From Barthelona sp. PAP020 (Eukaryota), in NCBI GenBank assembly GCA_040182905.1, contig JARQWU010000024.1, forward strand, positions 52,158 to 72,157: a stretch of 20,000 bases of DNA, read 5' to 3'. The notes beneath the pieces are model-generated. The model saw only the letters and a program-made list of their open reading frames with translations. It was not told where the DNA came from and did not search any database. How positions within the stretch are numbered: position 1 is the stretch's first letter; the number at the start of each line of letters is the position of its first letter. Of this stretch, positions 1 to 10,795 are shown in pieces. The position numbers and the translations under genes are program-made.

Positions 1-20
1 CAACAATAGAACGATTAAAT

Positions 21-1157
21 ATGAGTTATACTATTCGTTTGAAGGAACTGAAGAAGAAAAATGAGCATATTAGTGAAATTGAGAATGAATTGAGTATATT
101 AAGACAAGAAAACAATAAAATGAAGATTCCTAAGACACCAAAGACTCTTTCCAGAGGTTCTAAACTTTCTGAGGAAGTTACTAATGATTTAAAGAAAGAA
201 AAGGGTATATTAATTAAAAAGTTGAATAAACGTACTGAAGAATTGAAGAAATCAACGGATTCAGTTGAAGAAATGAAAGCATTGATTGAAAAACAAAATA
301 AAGAATTGAAAAGAATCAAAGATATTAATGAAAAGATACGCAATAGATTTGAACATAAAAAGACCAAATTAGATGAAGCAAATGAAACCATAAAACGATT
401 AAATAATGAATTTAATTTGTATAAAGAACAAACTGATCATGTTATTGATAATACTAAATTGAAATTGTTAAATACCACAACTGAATTAGAAACTTTGAAA
501 AAAGAATTGATAGAAGCCAAACAAGCTAACGAAGAGTTTGATTCAATTAATACTATATTGAAAGAAGATTGGGAGACTTTAAAAAATTCAAATTCTTTGT
601 TGACGAAAGATTTTGAAGATTTGAAAGATAAGTATTCAGTATTAAAGAGGGATTATGATAATATTTTCGATAAGAATGAAAAGATTGAGTTGAATTTGAA
701 AGATATTACAAAAGAATATGAAATATACAGAAAGGAAACTGGAACGAGGCAAGAAAATCTTTTAAATGAGATGAACAATGTAACTTCAGCAGCTTCAAGA
801 GCAACTGCTATTGAAAATGAAAATAAAGTTCTGATTGAAAAGAATAAGAAATTGTTGGATGAAACTAATGAATTACAAGAAGAGAATATGAAGCTTAGAA
901 CTGAAAATAACCATTTAACAAGAGACTTAAGGTCGACCAAGGAAGATTTTGAATTTGATATCAAACAATTAAAAAAGAAAATTAATGTGGCTGAAAATGA
1001 AGTGAAAAATCAAGAACAAATTAATTTACAATTGTTGAAATCTGCTAAACGTGCAGAAAGTCTCTCTGACGAATTAGTTCAAACAAAGAAACAATTGGAT
1101 GAATGTTATTCAATTTTAGCATCGTTTGATGTTGGTTTTGGTGCAGATGATGAATAA
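21..1157 (+). CDS. Coiled-coil protein of unknown function (378 aa; true start could lie upstream of the window)
   Basis: Uninterrupted ORF, E/K/L/N-rich with heptad-like periodicity and almost no Pro/Gly after residue ~50. The frame is also open from base 3 to the ATG at 21, so the N-terminus may be truncated. Confidence 0.8.
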   Translation: MSYTIRLKELKKKNEHISEIENELSILRQENNKMKIPKTPKTLSRGSKLSEEVTNDLKKEKGILIKKLNKRTEELKKSTDSVEEMKALIEKQNKELKRIKDINEKIRNRFEHKKTKLDEANETIKRLNNEFNLYKEQTDHVIDNTKLKLLNTTTELETLKKELIEAKQANEEFDSINTILKEDWETLKNSNSLLTKDFEDLKDKYSVLKRDYDNIFDKNEKIELNLKDITKEYEIYRKETGTRQENLLNEMNNVTSAASRATAIENENKVLIEKNKKLLDETNELQEENMKLRTENNHLTRDLRSTKEDFEFDIKQLKKKINVAENEVKNQEQINLQLLKSAKRAESLSDELVQTKKQLDECYSILASFDVGFGADDE

Positions 1158-1298
1158 CCATGTAAATTTTTATACTTTAAATATTATTTTTGTTCTTCTC
1201 AAATTGAAACTTAGTAATGTTATCAGGTTTCAAATTTCAAAAAAGCCAAAAATGGAAAGGGAAGCAATTGATTTTTATCGGCATATTGTAAGATAGAA

Positions 1299-2507
1299 AT
1301 GTCTATTGAATTGAATAATCCCACAGAGAAGAATATTTATGATACAATTCCATGGAAAATTAATGAGAGTGGTGAAAGAACAATAGAAGGGAAAGTTCCG
1401 GGACTTTTAATGGATTGCGCATATTCCTTAGATGGCAAATATTTGATATTTGCAGGTGAAGATGGATATGTATTTGTTATTGATATGGATGTTGAAAAAT
1501 TATTTTGTACTTTGAAAGATCATTCAAGTAATGTTTTTGGAATTGCCTTTTCCCAAGATGGACAAAAATTCGCCACAAGTTCGCATGATAAAACCATTAT
1601 TATTTATGATGTAAAGGATTTTTCTGTTTTGGATAAAATAACACACTATCATGGTATTTTTGGTATTTGTTTTTCCCCTTGCTGTAATTATATATATTTT
1701 GGTGATGAAGAGGGATATCTTATAAAAAAAAACATTAAAACTGGTGATATTATGATGCAATCAAAGATGCATTGTGATTACACTTGGAGAGTTAGACTTT
1801 CATCAAATGGAAGACATATTCTGACTGCAGGATTCGATTATTGTGCTAAGTTATTGGATGCTAATGATTTTTCTGTAATTCATGAGTTTTCTCATGATAC
1901 TTATGTTTTGGATGTTGACTTTCACCCATCAAAAAATATTATTGCAACTGGAGATAGATTAAACAAAGTACACCTTTGGGATATGGATGATGGATCTTTG
2001 CTTCATGTGTTTGATCTCAATGGAGAAGCATGGTATCTTCGTTTTTTAACTTCTAATATCCTTGTTATTATGTCTGGTGATGGATACATCACGTTGTATG
2101 AACTGGATAGTTTTCAGCCAATTCAAAAGATTTTCTGTGATTGTGAAACTTTCTATTTTTCATTTGCTATATCACCTGATATGAAACGATTAATATGTGG
2201 AATATCTAAAGATGAAGTGATTAAAGTATACCCCATTGTGCGATTTTGTAATGATCAGCTTTTGTTGAAACTTATTGAATTATCGAAAAGTGATGCTACT
2301 GTGCTATCTAATATTATTAAAATGAATATTGATAATTCTGTTGTCCGACAATTGGTTAGTGGAGGTATTGACATGAGTGAGGATGAATATAATATTATTA
2401 TTGACAGATGTTGGGATTTGGTTGATATTAATGAAAAAAATGGTGGTAATATGCATGAGTTTGTGAACAAAAAAGGTGATGAACTTAGTGATAATGATGA
2501 TGATTGA
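1299..2507 (+). CDS. WD40-repeat beta-propeller protein with an ~85-aa helical C-terminal extension
   Basis: About 7 WD-like repeats, e.g. LKDHSSNVFGIAFSQDGQKFATSSHDKTIIIYD, HCDYTWRVRLSSNGRHILTAGFDYCAKLLD, HDTYVLDVDFHPSKNIIATGDRLNKVHLWD. Confidence 0.9.
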   Translation: MSIELNNPTEKNIYDTIPWKINESGERTIEGKVPGLLMDCAYSLDGKYLIFAGEDGYVFVIDMDVEKLFCTLKDHSSNVFGIAFSQDGQKFATSSHDKTIIIYDVKDFSVLDKITHYHGIFGICFSPCCNYIYFGDEEGYLIKKNIKTGDIMMQSKMHCDYTWRVRLSSNGRHILTAGFDYCAKLLDANDFSVIHEFSHDTYVLDVDFHPSKNIIATGDRLNKVHLWDMDDGSLLHVFDLNGEAWYLRFLTSNILVIMSGDGYITLYELDSFQPIQKIFCDCETFYFSFAISPDMKRLICGISKDEVIKVYPIVRFCNDQLLLKLIELSKSDATVLSNIIKMNIDNSVVRQLVSGGIDMSEDEYNIIIDRCWDLVDINEKNGGNMHEFVNKKGDELSDNDDD

Positions 2508-2950
2508 GCCAACTGGAATTGAAGGCTTAGAAAGATTATCTCAATGTCGACATTTCTTTCATCGAACAGATCTCTTGATTTCATGTGCGAATCAACGGAT
2601 TGTTTATTGATTTGAAGAATTGGTAATCAACAAATTGAGAAATTTTCTTGTCTGAAACCATGAATATTATAAATATGCATAATTAATTTATTTTTTATTC
2701 TTTTTTTCTTTGATCGAAGCGTTCAATAAATTTAACTGTCAAAATACAGGAAAATCCTATTAATCTTTGAATTTACCAGTCAAAGGATTCTGTGTAAATT
2801 TCTTCAACTTGGTTCTTTGTAAATTGAATAACTCAATTTCTGGGAGGCACTGTGGTCTATAAACTTTGTAAAAAGAACAAATAACAAAATAATATGACTA
2901 TTTATAAATGCTATGAAAAGAAAAACCAATTCTTGAGAAAAATACAAGAA

Positions 2951-5900
2951 TTATCTTTTGTTCAAAGCTTTGAGTTTATCCAAGAAACCTTTTGCTTTTG
3001 ATTTTTGATCAAAATCTCTTCTTTGTTGGATAATTTTAATCTCTTTGATCAAATTATTAAAGAACATATTTTTTGAACTGTTGTCATTCAAATGATGAAT
3101 GTCAAAACTGTCAATGTCATCCAATATTTCTTTTAATTCAAACGACACTAAAATCCATTTATTTTGCTGAGGTGAAATAATTATTGGTGGATCTTTTTGA
3201 GGATCAAATAATCTGATAAATTTATCCAAAACCTCAGAATTGACCTTATTGCAAATGTTTGAAAGAGGGTATTTTTTCATCAAATTTACAGAAGAAATTC
3301 CAAGACCTTTTAAAGTTAAATCTAAATACTTTAACATAGGATGAGTTCCATTGAATAAATACTCTTGTAATACTGAATCAATAAGATTATTTGAGGTATT
3401 TTTGTATTCTTTATTTTTTTGTGATTGTATATCAATAGATTCATTAAAATTGTTTGAATTAATAATGTTATTTCTTTGAATAATGTTTTGAGTTTGATTT
3501 GGAATGTACAAAATGTAATTATCTTGTTGTGTTAAACCGTTACTTTCTCTTAATGTTTGACACAATATTGAGTCTGAATCAAGCAGATAAGATAAAATTG
3601 CTGAAGCCCAAACATAATTTTCAATAAGAATATTATCTTCATAAGGTGATTCATTAAAAATAATCCTTTTTTGAATTGTTTTCAATTTATTTTCTGTAAA
3701 AATTCCATCAATATCATTAGCTTCCATTAATAATGATTCTTTTACAGCTAATTCCTTTGATTTTTGAATATTTTCTAACTCTTGCAAAATCATTTGACCA
3801 ACAGAATCAAAAATTTGTCGATTTTTCATCTCATCTTTCAAATCAAAAGGTAAAGCTTCTAAAATGGGTTTCAATGATTTAGGCTTGTTTGAATATTCAA
3901 AATTTTTCGTTTCAATTGCATCATAATAACTATTAATTTCACAGAAGTTGGAATCTTCATTCCTCGTCTTTTTATTTGACAATATTGTTTGACATTTGTT
4001 TTTAATATTTGGTGAAAAAGATATTGGCAATAAATCTTTTCTTTTTGAACTTATTGTTTCAGAAAAGGGTTCAGGTGATTCAACAGGAGAAGATAATCTA
4101 CTATCATGATTTGTAAAAGTCATTTCATTGAAAATTTCATCATTCTGGGTGACAAAAAACATTTCATGCTGCAAAAATTCTCTTGTTGAATTACTTTCAT
4201 GTTCTTCATTTCTTTGATTTTTAGAATTTGCTAACTTGATTTGACTTCCAATCACATTTATTTTAGGATCGTAATGCTTTGGAAGGTTTACAACAGGAAA
4301 ACTTTCAATTTTTTCTTTAAAAATAGAATTTCTTTCTTCAAAATCATCATATTTTGATGATAATGGTGTTGATTGCAACTGAAAGCTTAATTTTTCATTC
4401 ATAATTTTTCTTTCATCTTTTTTTGTCTTATATTGATTTCCTGTCAATTCAAATTCGGCACCCATTGAATTATTTCGTTTATGAGTTGATTTCATTTCAA
4501 CACGTTCATTTTTTACAATCTTAGGTGTTTTGGAACTTGAAACTACTTTGTCATTTGCTGGACTTAAATTTTTATGGCTAACGCTGTTTGCACTATTTAA
4601 TCTAGAACGAAATGGTGTTGACATTGGTTTATTTTGAATTACAAATTCATTTGAAATTGAATTTGAAGTAATTTTGTTGCTAATTAGTGAAGGTATTGAA
4701 TTGGAAGTGGAACATATTGATAAAGAGCTTGTAGGACGCTTTCTGGCTGTTTTAACAGTTTCAATTTCACTTTGTTCAAAATCTTCATTATCATCATTAT
4801 TTATTAAAAAATCGCCATTTATTCTCATAAAATTGTTGTTTTGATCATATCTTTCATGTACCCTGTCCTTTAATAGGGTACTTTGCGTACCTTTAGCATA
4901 TTTTCTACTGATTCTAATTGGACCTTTATTTTTTGTCAATTCAATTCTTTTTTTAACTTCATCATCAGTAGCAGTTTCCAAAGCAATTTCTAAACGTTTC
5001 CTTTCTTCATTTAAAATGTGCAAATGAATATCAGTAAATGAAGGTTTTCTATCGATTTCATTTTTTTCAAAAACAAATAAATGTACGGGATTTTTAGCTC
5101 TCTTTTTTAATTCATGATCATCCATGACAGCCAATATATCAAAAGCTTGATCTAAAGGTAAAGAATCTTTTGAAATTGTTTTATTTAACAATCTCTTTCT
5201 TTTTTCAATTTCTTTTTCCAATTCTTTTGAATATTCATCAGTAAATGATGAGATATTTGCTAATCCTTCCCTCATTTTCCTCTTCTTTTCATTTCGCCTT
5301 TCCGCTTCTTCTTTAGCTATTCTCTTTCTTTCAAATAATTTTCCAAATTCTTGTGGTCCAAAACTCTTTGAAGCCAATAATTTTTTTTCTATATTTGGAA
5401 AATTTTGAAACTTTTCATTTGATTTTTGATGTGTATCAGGAATTTCAGTTTCAGTATCTATCAAACGTAATGGCATTTCTAATTTCTTGTACCAATCAAT
5501 TAAGTCACGTCTTCGTTCATCAGATCTTTTCAATCCACCAATATCATATGGAATCATTGAAGGTCTGCGCTTACTTTCATATTTTTTGAGAGTTTCTTCA
5601 TCTAACTTAGATTTGAAATAATTTTGAGTATTTAAATCAAATTCTACGGAAAAAGGCAAATCAATGCGAAAGATTTCTACACCATCAAAATCAATTAAAC
5701 CATATGGTACGTTGTGACGAAATAAATAATCGAAAACTTTTGTAATCTTCTTGCGATATTCTGTAATATTAACGCTTTTGTTCATTTCATTGTCCACTTT
5801 AATTTGATTATCTTTTTCATAATCTTGATCTTTCCTCAACATAATCCTTACTAAAGTCAAGTACAAACGAACAATTTTATCAACACTCTCTTTACTTGGT

Positions 5901-8900
5901 TTGTATAATATTCTTTCCTTTTTTATTTGTATTTCTTGTGGGATGTTATTCTTTTTGATCACTTCAAGACTACGACTTTGTGGTATAATGATATTTAATG
6001 AAGATTTTGCACTTTGGTTCTCTTCTTCTTTCACCCTACCTTTTGATTTTTTAATGACTGCATTTTTTTCATTAATATTAAGATTTAATGTTGCATTTTT
6101 GTCCTTTAAAACATTTACACTATCTCGCCTTTTTTGATCAATAGTTTCAATTTGTATTTTTGTTATCATCTCAAAAGAATCAACAAAATCATCATCATCC
6201 ACAGGATTTTCATTCGGTAATGTTAATTTTGCCATTCTTTTGTCTTCATCACTAACATAACCTGTAATATCTATTGATTGAGATGATAAAAATCCAGTTT
6301 CAACATCATTTGTCACAGTAACAGGTACCACCTCCGTATTTTCAAGTTCTCTCATCATGGTAGCATTTTTTTCCTCATCAGAATCCAATGAATCTTCTTT
6401 TATCTCAGAAGAGAACATATCTTTGGCATTTAATTTATTTGTTTGAACAGCATCAATACCATAAGGTGATGACTGGTTTAGAACAGTATCAGGTAAACTT
6501 TCAATGTCAATAGATGTGTCTACAATTGATTGACTTGTCAAAATTTCAGAATCATTCAAAGAATTGACATTTTTATTGCTTAAAAATGAATTATCAGTTA
6601 ACTTCGATGAATCTGCTTCTTTAACCTCATGTTGTTCCATTCTATCATTTTCTGGATGGTAATCTGAATTTATTCGTCTATTTACATCATTTTTGCTATC
6701 AACAAACGTATTTGAAGTTTCAAAATTATCAACAACTGGAGAAACTAGCTCTGAAGTATTATATTCATTTTCAGCATTTTCATAAATAACATCAAATGAA
6801 AACTCAGTTATATCAATGTTTGCAGGAGGAAACTGACTAGATTTCCTTAGTTCTTCAATATCAATGGTAATATCAAAGTCATCTCCACCATCATCTCTAA
6901 TTTTGACGTTGGCTACTTCTTCCATCAAATCATCAATGATTGGTTCAACAACACCTTCAAATATTTGAGGTTCATAATTGTATATTTCATCAGAAACCGC
7001 AATGGATTTTCTTCGATATTTCATTTTTTGGATATAATTTAGTTCAACAGAGCTACTATTGGAAGTTGTGCTTCGATGTGAAGGAATAATACCATTGGGT
7101 ATTTCACTGGGGAGATCAACAAGATTATCATAATCAATTGTGTCATTTTCATCATCCACTTCAATAACACTTTGAAAATTTGAATTTTCATTGTTTTGAA
7201 ATGTTTTTGAATTTGATCTTTTCTTATTAACATCTTTTTTAGGTGATTTGTAATTCATTTGTTTAATTTTTCTGGCAGACTTTAAACCTGGTCTTTTTGA
7301 ACGTAAATATCTAACATCTTCATCTTTTTTCTTTCCTTTCTTTTTTCGAGGTTTATTTTTAATCAATTCTACCTGTTTTTTCTTTTCTTTTAGCTCTTCT
7401 AATTCTTTTGTTTTTCTAGCAAGATCAATATCTTTTTTAATTTTTTCTAGTTCTTTATCCCTTCTTTGCTTTGCTTCAATTTCTCGATAATTCATGAAAT
7501 TATCATTCTTTTTAACAAAAGAACCATATAAATCATCGTCTTTTGTTTCCAAAGTCAATTCAACGATACTCTTCCTTCTTTTAGCTTTTTTATCAATCTG
7601 TTGCACCCTTTGTTGAACAATCAAATTAGCAATCTTCTTTTCAACATATATAAAAGTTTCTTCAAGTGTTTCATTCACAACGTTCAAAAACACAGAATCT
7701 ACCAATCTTTTAATTTCGTTCTCCATTCTGTGTTGTTTCATTTCTTCTTCTTCTCTCAATTTCATTTCCATTTCAAGTACATATTTATCGTGATTTTCTC
7801 GTTTTTGACTCCATAATTCTGCTTCTTCCATCATTACCATCTCTTCACCTTCCATTCTTTCAATCATTAATTTTTGTTCTTCTTTTAAATACTGTTGATT
7901 TTCGAATTCAATTTGCTTTTCAATGAGTTTTTTTCGGTATTCATAAGCAAACTGAAAAATAGCATCCTCAATAACAACACCAATTATCTCTTCTGTAACC
8001 TTATCTATAGAAGTAGAGATCGTTTTATTCCTAACTCTTTGAAATAATGAAAACTTTTCATCATCACTCAATTCAAACATTTTTCTTCTAATTTCTTCTT
8101 CTTCTTCCTTTTGTTTCTTTTCCATTTCTTTTTGTTGTTCCTGTTGTTCTTTTTCTTCTTCTTCCGCAAGTTTATCTTCTTCTTTCTTTATTCTAAATAA
8201 TTCTTTCTTTTCATTTTCTTTCATTTTCTTCAACAGTCGTAAATTATTTTCCTTCTTTAACATGATTTCTTTTTCTCTAATCAATTTAAGTTGTTCTTCT
8301 TCAAATTTCTTTTGAAATAACAATTGTTTCTCATGATTTTCTCTCTTTTTAGAAAATTCTTCAGCCTTTTCCATTTCAAGACGCTCCATTTCTTCCTGTT
8401 TTCTCATTTTAGCTAAATGTTTTGCTTCTGCATCCTTCAATAATTTTGATACATGTGTACTAGTTGTTCGAAAGTCACTCAAAGAAACATTAAATTTTTT
8501 CACAAAATCTTTATTTTCTGTTAATTCTGTTGTTGTTAAAACATTTTCAATACCAATTGCATTATTTTCATCTTTTATAATACATATATTTTCATCTTTA
8601 ATAACATCTTGAACAATGTTAACATTGATTTCAGGCTGTTCAACTGTGTAATCCTTGTCAAAAATGTTAATATTATTTGTCAATGTGTTATCACTCTTTG
8701 AACGATTATGAAATTTTGAATTGATTAAATTATTATTTGAATTCATTCCATCAATTTCAAATAATTCATGTTCAGCAAAAGAAGGTAAAGAAAAATTTGC
8801 ATTTAATTGATTTAATTTTCTTGCTTGAGCAACTGTAATTACTTTTACTAATTTTTCTTTGTTTGAATTGATATATTTAGCAATAAATTCCTCATTTGCT

Positions 8901-10795
8901 AAACAAACATTCTTAAAAATTCCATTTATTGTGTTATTTTTTAATAAAGATGCATTCTTTTCTCTAGTAATTTCAAGAAATTGTTGTCTTCTTAAATTCA
9001 TTGTGATATCATTGTTAATATCTCTTAAATCTTGTTTTTTAAAATTGTCAGACAATTTTTGATCAATTCTTTCAGCAAATAAATTACCACGTTGTACATA
9101 TCTCAAATGAAAATAGATAACAAATCGAAAATTATGTTCCAAATTAAATTCTCTTTTAAATTCTTCCAATTGATTTTCATTTAAACGTTTACATTGTCTT
9201 AAAGGTTGAGAAAAAGGGATATCATAATTAATGTATTTAATTAAACTTTCAGAAGCTCTTTTATGTTTCCAAGAAATTAAAATATTCTTCAAAAACATTT
9301 TCTTTTCTTGAAAATAATAACTTTTAAATGATCTAATTTTCATTGTATATTTTTTTAATAATTTAAAAGGTTTATAAAGATAATCACCAACAGGAAACTC
9401 ATTGGTAGATTTAGGGAAAATCAAACTGACAATTATGGTCATCAATAAACGTTGTTTATAATTGTTCTCACTATTTATTGAAATTAATTTCCATTTTAAC
9501 AATTCATTATGATCATTTTTCATCTGTTTTAACATTGTGAATGCTTTTTTAGCATAAATTTTATTGGTATGAAAATCTAATCGCATTTTGATAAATTTTA
9601 ATTTTTTGTTCAATATATAAGTGTTATGCCAGTTCTTTAAACATTCTAAATATTGTTTATGTTGATATTCTTCAATATTAAATTTTGAAATAAACAAATA
9701 ATAATATTTCCGAAGAAATTTGGTACGTAAAAATGTGTTTAATTTTATTGTATTTTCTTTGTCAATTATTTTTCTCCGAAAAATGTAATACCAACTATCA
9801 AAACATCCTCTTAATGGCCAACGATATCTGATGATATAATTTAAGCTCTTATTAAATTCATTATGTCTTTTGATGCTGTTCAAATAATTATCCCATTCAA
9901 TAATAGGTTTCCAAGATGTTGGAGGTAACTCTCCTTTTAATGAACTACGATTAAATATCATCATACGATACCACATTGTCAAAGATAATTGAACAGTTTT
10001 TCTAAATTCACAATATCTTTTGTATTTTGCTTCTTTTATTAAATTAGCCATGTGTTTTGAATATGCTAACCAAGATCTAAAATTATCATAACATTCTGTT
10101 TTAAAGTTCTTTTCTTTAAGATAATTGGTTAATTTTATATATTTATGTTGCATTACCCAATGATTGAAAAATGTTTTTACCTTACTGGAAAATGAACATC
10201 GTTTATAATATGTGTAAGCTCTCCATTCTCTCAAATATCTTATACATTGTTCACCATCTGTTCTAATGACAATAATTGGATTATTTATTTCTTCATAAAG
10301 TTTTCTTTTTTCATCATAAATATCATTCTCAATGGGTAATTCTTCCATGTTTACTAATTTGGTTAAAGGCGTTTCTTGCTTCTTTTTTAGTTTAGAAACA
10401 TTGCGTGAGAAAGTGTTTAAAACATGTGAAGGCGTTAAACTCAATGATACATCATCATGTAAATTTTTTGTTGAACCAAAACTTGTGGAAGGAGGTGTTA
10501 ATTCAATGGAATAATTAGGAATCGGTTTGTAATCAAATGGTTCAACATTTGTTAATTGAATATTATTATATTCGACTGAAGGAATTTCTCGTTTGGGAGT
10601 TTCAATAAATTTTTCATTAATTTTTGGTTTATTGTATTTAATTTTCTTCACTTTTTGTTTCAATTCTTGTTTATCGGTTACATCTTTATTCTCTTTGGTT
10701 TGAAAAGTTACAGTAATTGATGGATAAGGTAGAATGTCTTTTTCATAATTCTGCTTTTTATTTGGGGTTTTTAATGTACGTAAAGGTGTATTCAT
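2951..10795 (-). CDS. 2614-aa protein with N-terminal Sfi1-like repeats, a central ER/K-rich helical region and long low-complexity segments; putative basal-body or cytoskeletal scaffold
   Basis: 7845-bp ORF with no in-frame stop. Recurrent [FL]xxW motifs (LREW, FNHW, FRSW, LTMW, FDSW, LKNW) in aa ~188-390. E/K/R/Q-rich helix around aa 795-910. The ORF is well supported; the function is inferred. Confidence 0.8.
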   Translation of the reverse strand: MNTPLRTLKTPNKKQNYEKDILPYPSITVTFQTKENKDVTDKQELKQKVKKIKYNKPKINEKFIETPKREIPSVEYNNIQLTNVEPFDYKPIPNYSIELTPPSTSFGSTKNLHDDVSLSLTPSHVLNTFSRNVSKLKKKQETPLTKLVNMEELPIENDIYDEKRKLYEEINNPIIVIRTDGEQCIRYLREWRAYTYYKRCSFSSKVKTFFNHWVMQHKYIKLTNYLKEKNFKTECYDNFRSWLAYSKHMANLIKEAKYKRYCEFRKTVQLSLTMWYRMMIFNRSSLKGELPPTSWKPIIEWDNYLNSIKRHNEFNKSLNYIIRYRWPLRGCFDSWYYIFRRKIIDKENTIKLNTFLRTKFLRKYYYLFISKFNIEEYQHKQYLECLKNWHNTYILNKKLKFIKMRLDFHTNKIYAKKAFTMLKQMKNDHNELLKWKLISINSENNYKQRLLMTIIVSLIFPKSTNEFPVGDYLYKPFKLLKKYTMKIRSFKSYYFQEKKMFLKNILISWKHKRASESLIKYINYDIPFSQPLRQCKRLNENQLEEFKREFNLEHNFRFVIYFHLRYVQRGNLFAERIDQKLSDNFKKQDLRDINNDITMNLRRQQFLEITREKNASLLKNNTINGIFKNVCLANEEFIAKYINSNKEKLVKVITVAQARKLNQLNANFSLPSFAEHELFEIDGMNSNNNLINSKFHNRSKSDNTLTNNINIFDKDYTVEQPEINVNIVQDVIKDENICIIKDENNAIGIENVLTTTELTENKDFVKKFNVSLSDFRTTSTHVSKLLKDAEAKHLAKMRKQEEMERLEMEKAEEFSKKRENHEKQLLFQKKFEEEQLKLIREKEIMLKKENNLRLLKKMKENEKKELFRIKKEEDKLAEEEEKEQQEQQKEMEKKQKEEEEEIRRKMFELSDDEKFSLFQRVRNKTISTSIDKVTEEIIGVVIEDAIFQFAYEYRKKLIEKQIEFENQQYLKEEQKLMIERMEGEEMVMMEEAELWSQKRENHDKYVLEMEMKLREEEEMKQHRMENEIKRLVDSVFLNVVNETLEETFIYVEKKIANLIVQQRVQQIDKKAKRRKSIVELTLETKDDDLYGSFVKKNDNFMNYREIEAKQRRDKELEKIKKDIDLARKTKELEELKEKKKQVELIKNKPRKKKGKKKDEDVRYLRSKRPGLKSARKIKQMNYKSPKKDVNKKRSNSKTFQNNENSNFQSVIEVDDENDTIDYDNLVDLPSEIPNGIIPSHRSTTSNSSSVELNYIQKMKYRRKSIAVSDEIYNYEPQIFEGVVEPIIDDLMEEVANVKIRDDGGDDFDITIDIEELRKSSQFPPANIDITEFSFDVIYENAENEYNTSELVSPVVDNFETSNTFVDSKNDVNRRINSDYHPENDRMEQHEVKEADSSKLTDNSFLSNKNVNSLNDSEILTSQSIVDTSIDIESLPDTVLNQSSPYGIDAVQTNKLNAKDMFSSEIKEDSLDSDEEKNATMMRELENTEVVPVTVTNDVETGFLSSQSIDITGYVSDEDKRMAKLTLPNENPVDDDDFVDSFEMITKIQIETIDQKRRDSVNVLKDKNATLNLNINEKNAVIKKSKGRVKEEENQSAKSSLNIIIPQSRSLEVIKKNNIPQEIQIKKERILYKPSKESVDKIVRLYLTLVRIMLRKDQDYEKDNQIKVDNEMNKSVNITEYRKKITKVFDYLFRHNVPYGLIDFDGVEIFRIDLPFSVEFDLNTQNYFKSKLDEETLKKYESKRRPSMIPYDIGGLKRSDERRRDLIDWYKKLEMPLRLIDTETEIPDTHQKSNEKFQNFPNIEKKLLASKSFGPQEFGKLFERKRIAKEEAERRNEKKRKMREGLANISSFTDEYSKELEKEIEKRKRLLNKTISKDSLPLDQAFDILAVMDDHELKKRAKNPVHLFVFEKNEIDRKPSFTDIHLHILNEERKRLEIALETATDDEVKKRIELTKNKGPIRISRKYAKGTQSTLLKDRVHERYDQNNNFMRINGDFLINNDDNEDFEQSEIETVKTARKRPTSSLSICSTSNSIPSLISNKITSNSISNEFVIQNKPMSTPFRSRLNSANSVSHKNLSPANDKVVSSSKTPKIVKNERVEMKSTHKRNNSMGAEFELTGNQYKTKKDERKIMNEKLSFQLQSTPLSSKYDDFEERNSIFKEKIESFPVVNLPKHYDPKINVIGSQIKLANSKNQRNEEHESNSTREFLQHEMFFVTQNDEIFNEMTFTNHDSRLSSPVESPEPFSETISSKRKDLLPISFSPNIKNKCQTILSNKKTRNEDSNFCEINSYYDAIETKNFEYSNKPKSLKPILEALPFDLKDEMKNRQIFDSVGQMILQELENIQKSKELAVKESLLMEANDIDGIFTENKLKTIQKRIIFNESPYEDNILIENYVWASAILSYLLDSDSILCQTLRESNGLTQQDNYILYIPNQTQNIIQRNNIINSNNFNESIDIQSQKNKEYKNTSNNLIDSVLQEYLFNGTHPMLKYLDLTLKGLGISSVNLMKKYPLSNICNKVNSEVLDKFIRLFDPQKDPPIIISPQQNKWILVSFELKEILDDIDSFDIHHLNDNSSKNMFFNNLIKEIKIIQQRRDFDQKSKAKGFLDKLKALNKR

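Noticed and set aside
26..964. Antisense ORFs 26-391 and 653-964
   Set aside because: F/S/L-rich shadows of the E/K-rich sense gene, with no independent coding signal.
2494..2610. 38-aa ORF overlapping the WD40 stop (MMMIEPTGIEG...)
   Set aside because: Short; its ATGs arise from the GAT repeats of the upstream acidic tail.
5353..10514. Short ORFs nested in or antisense to the 2614-aa gene
   Set aside because: 60-78 aa, mostly non-ATG starts, with composition mirroring the main gene.
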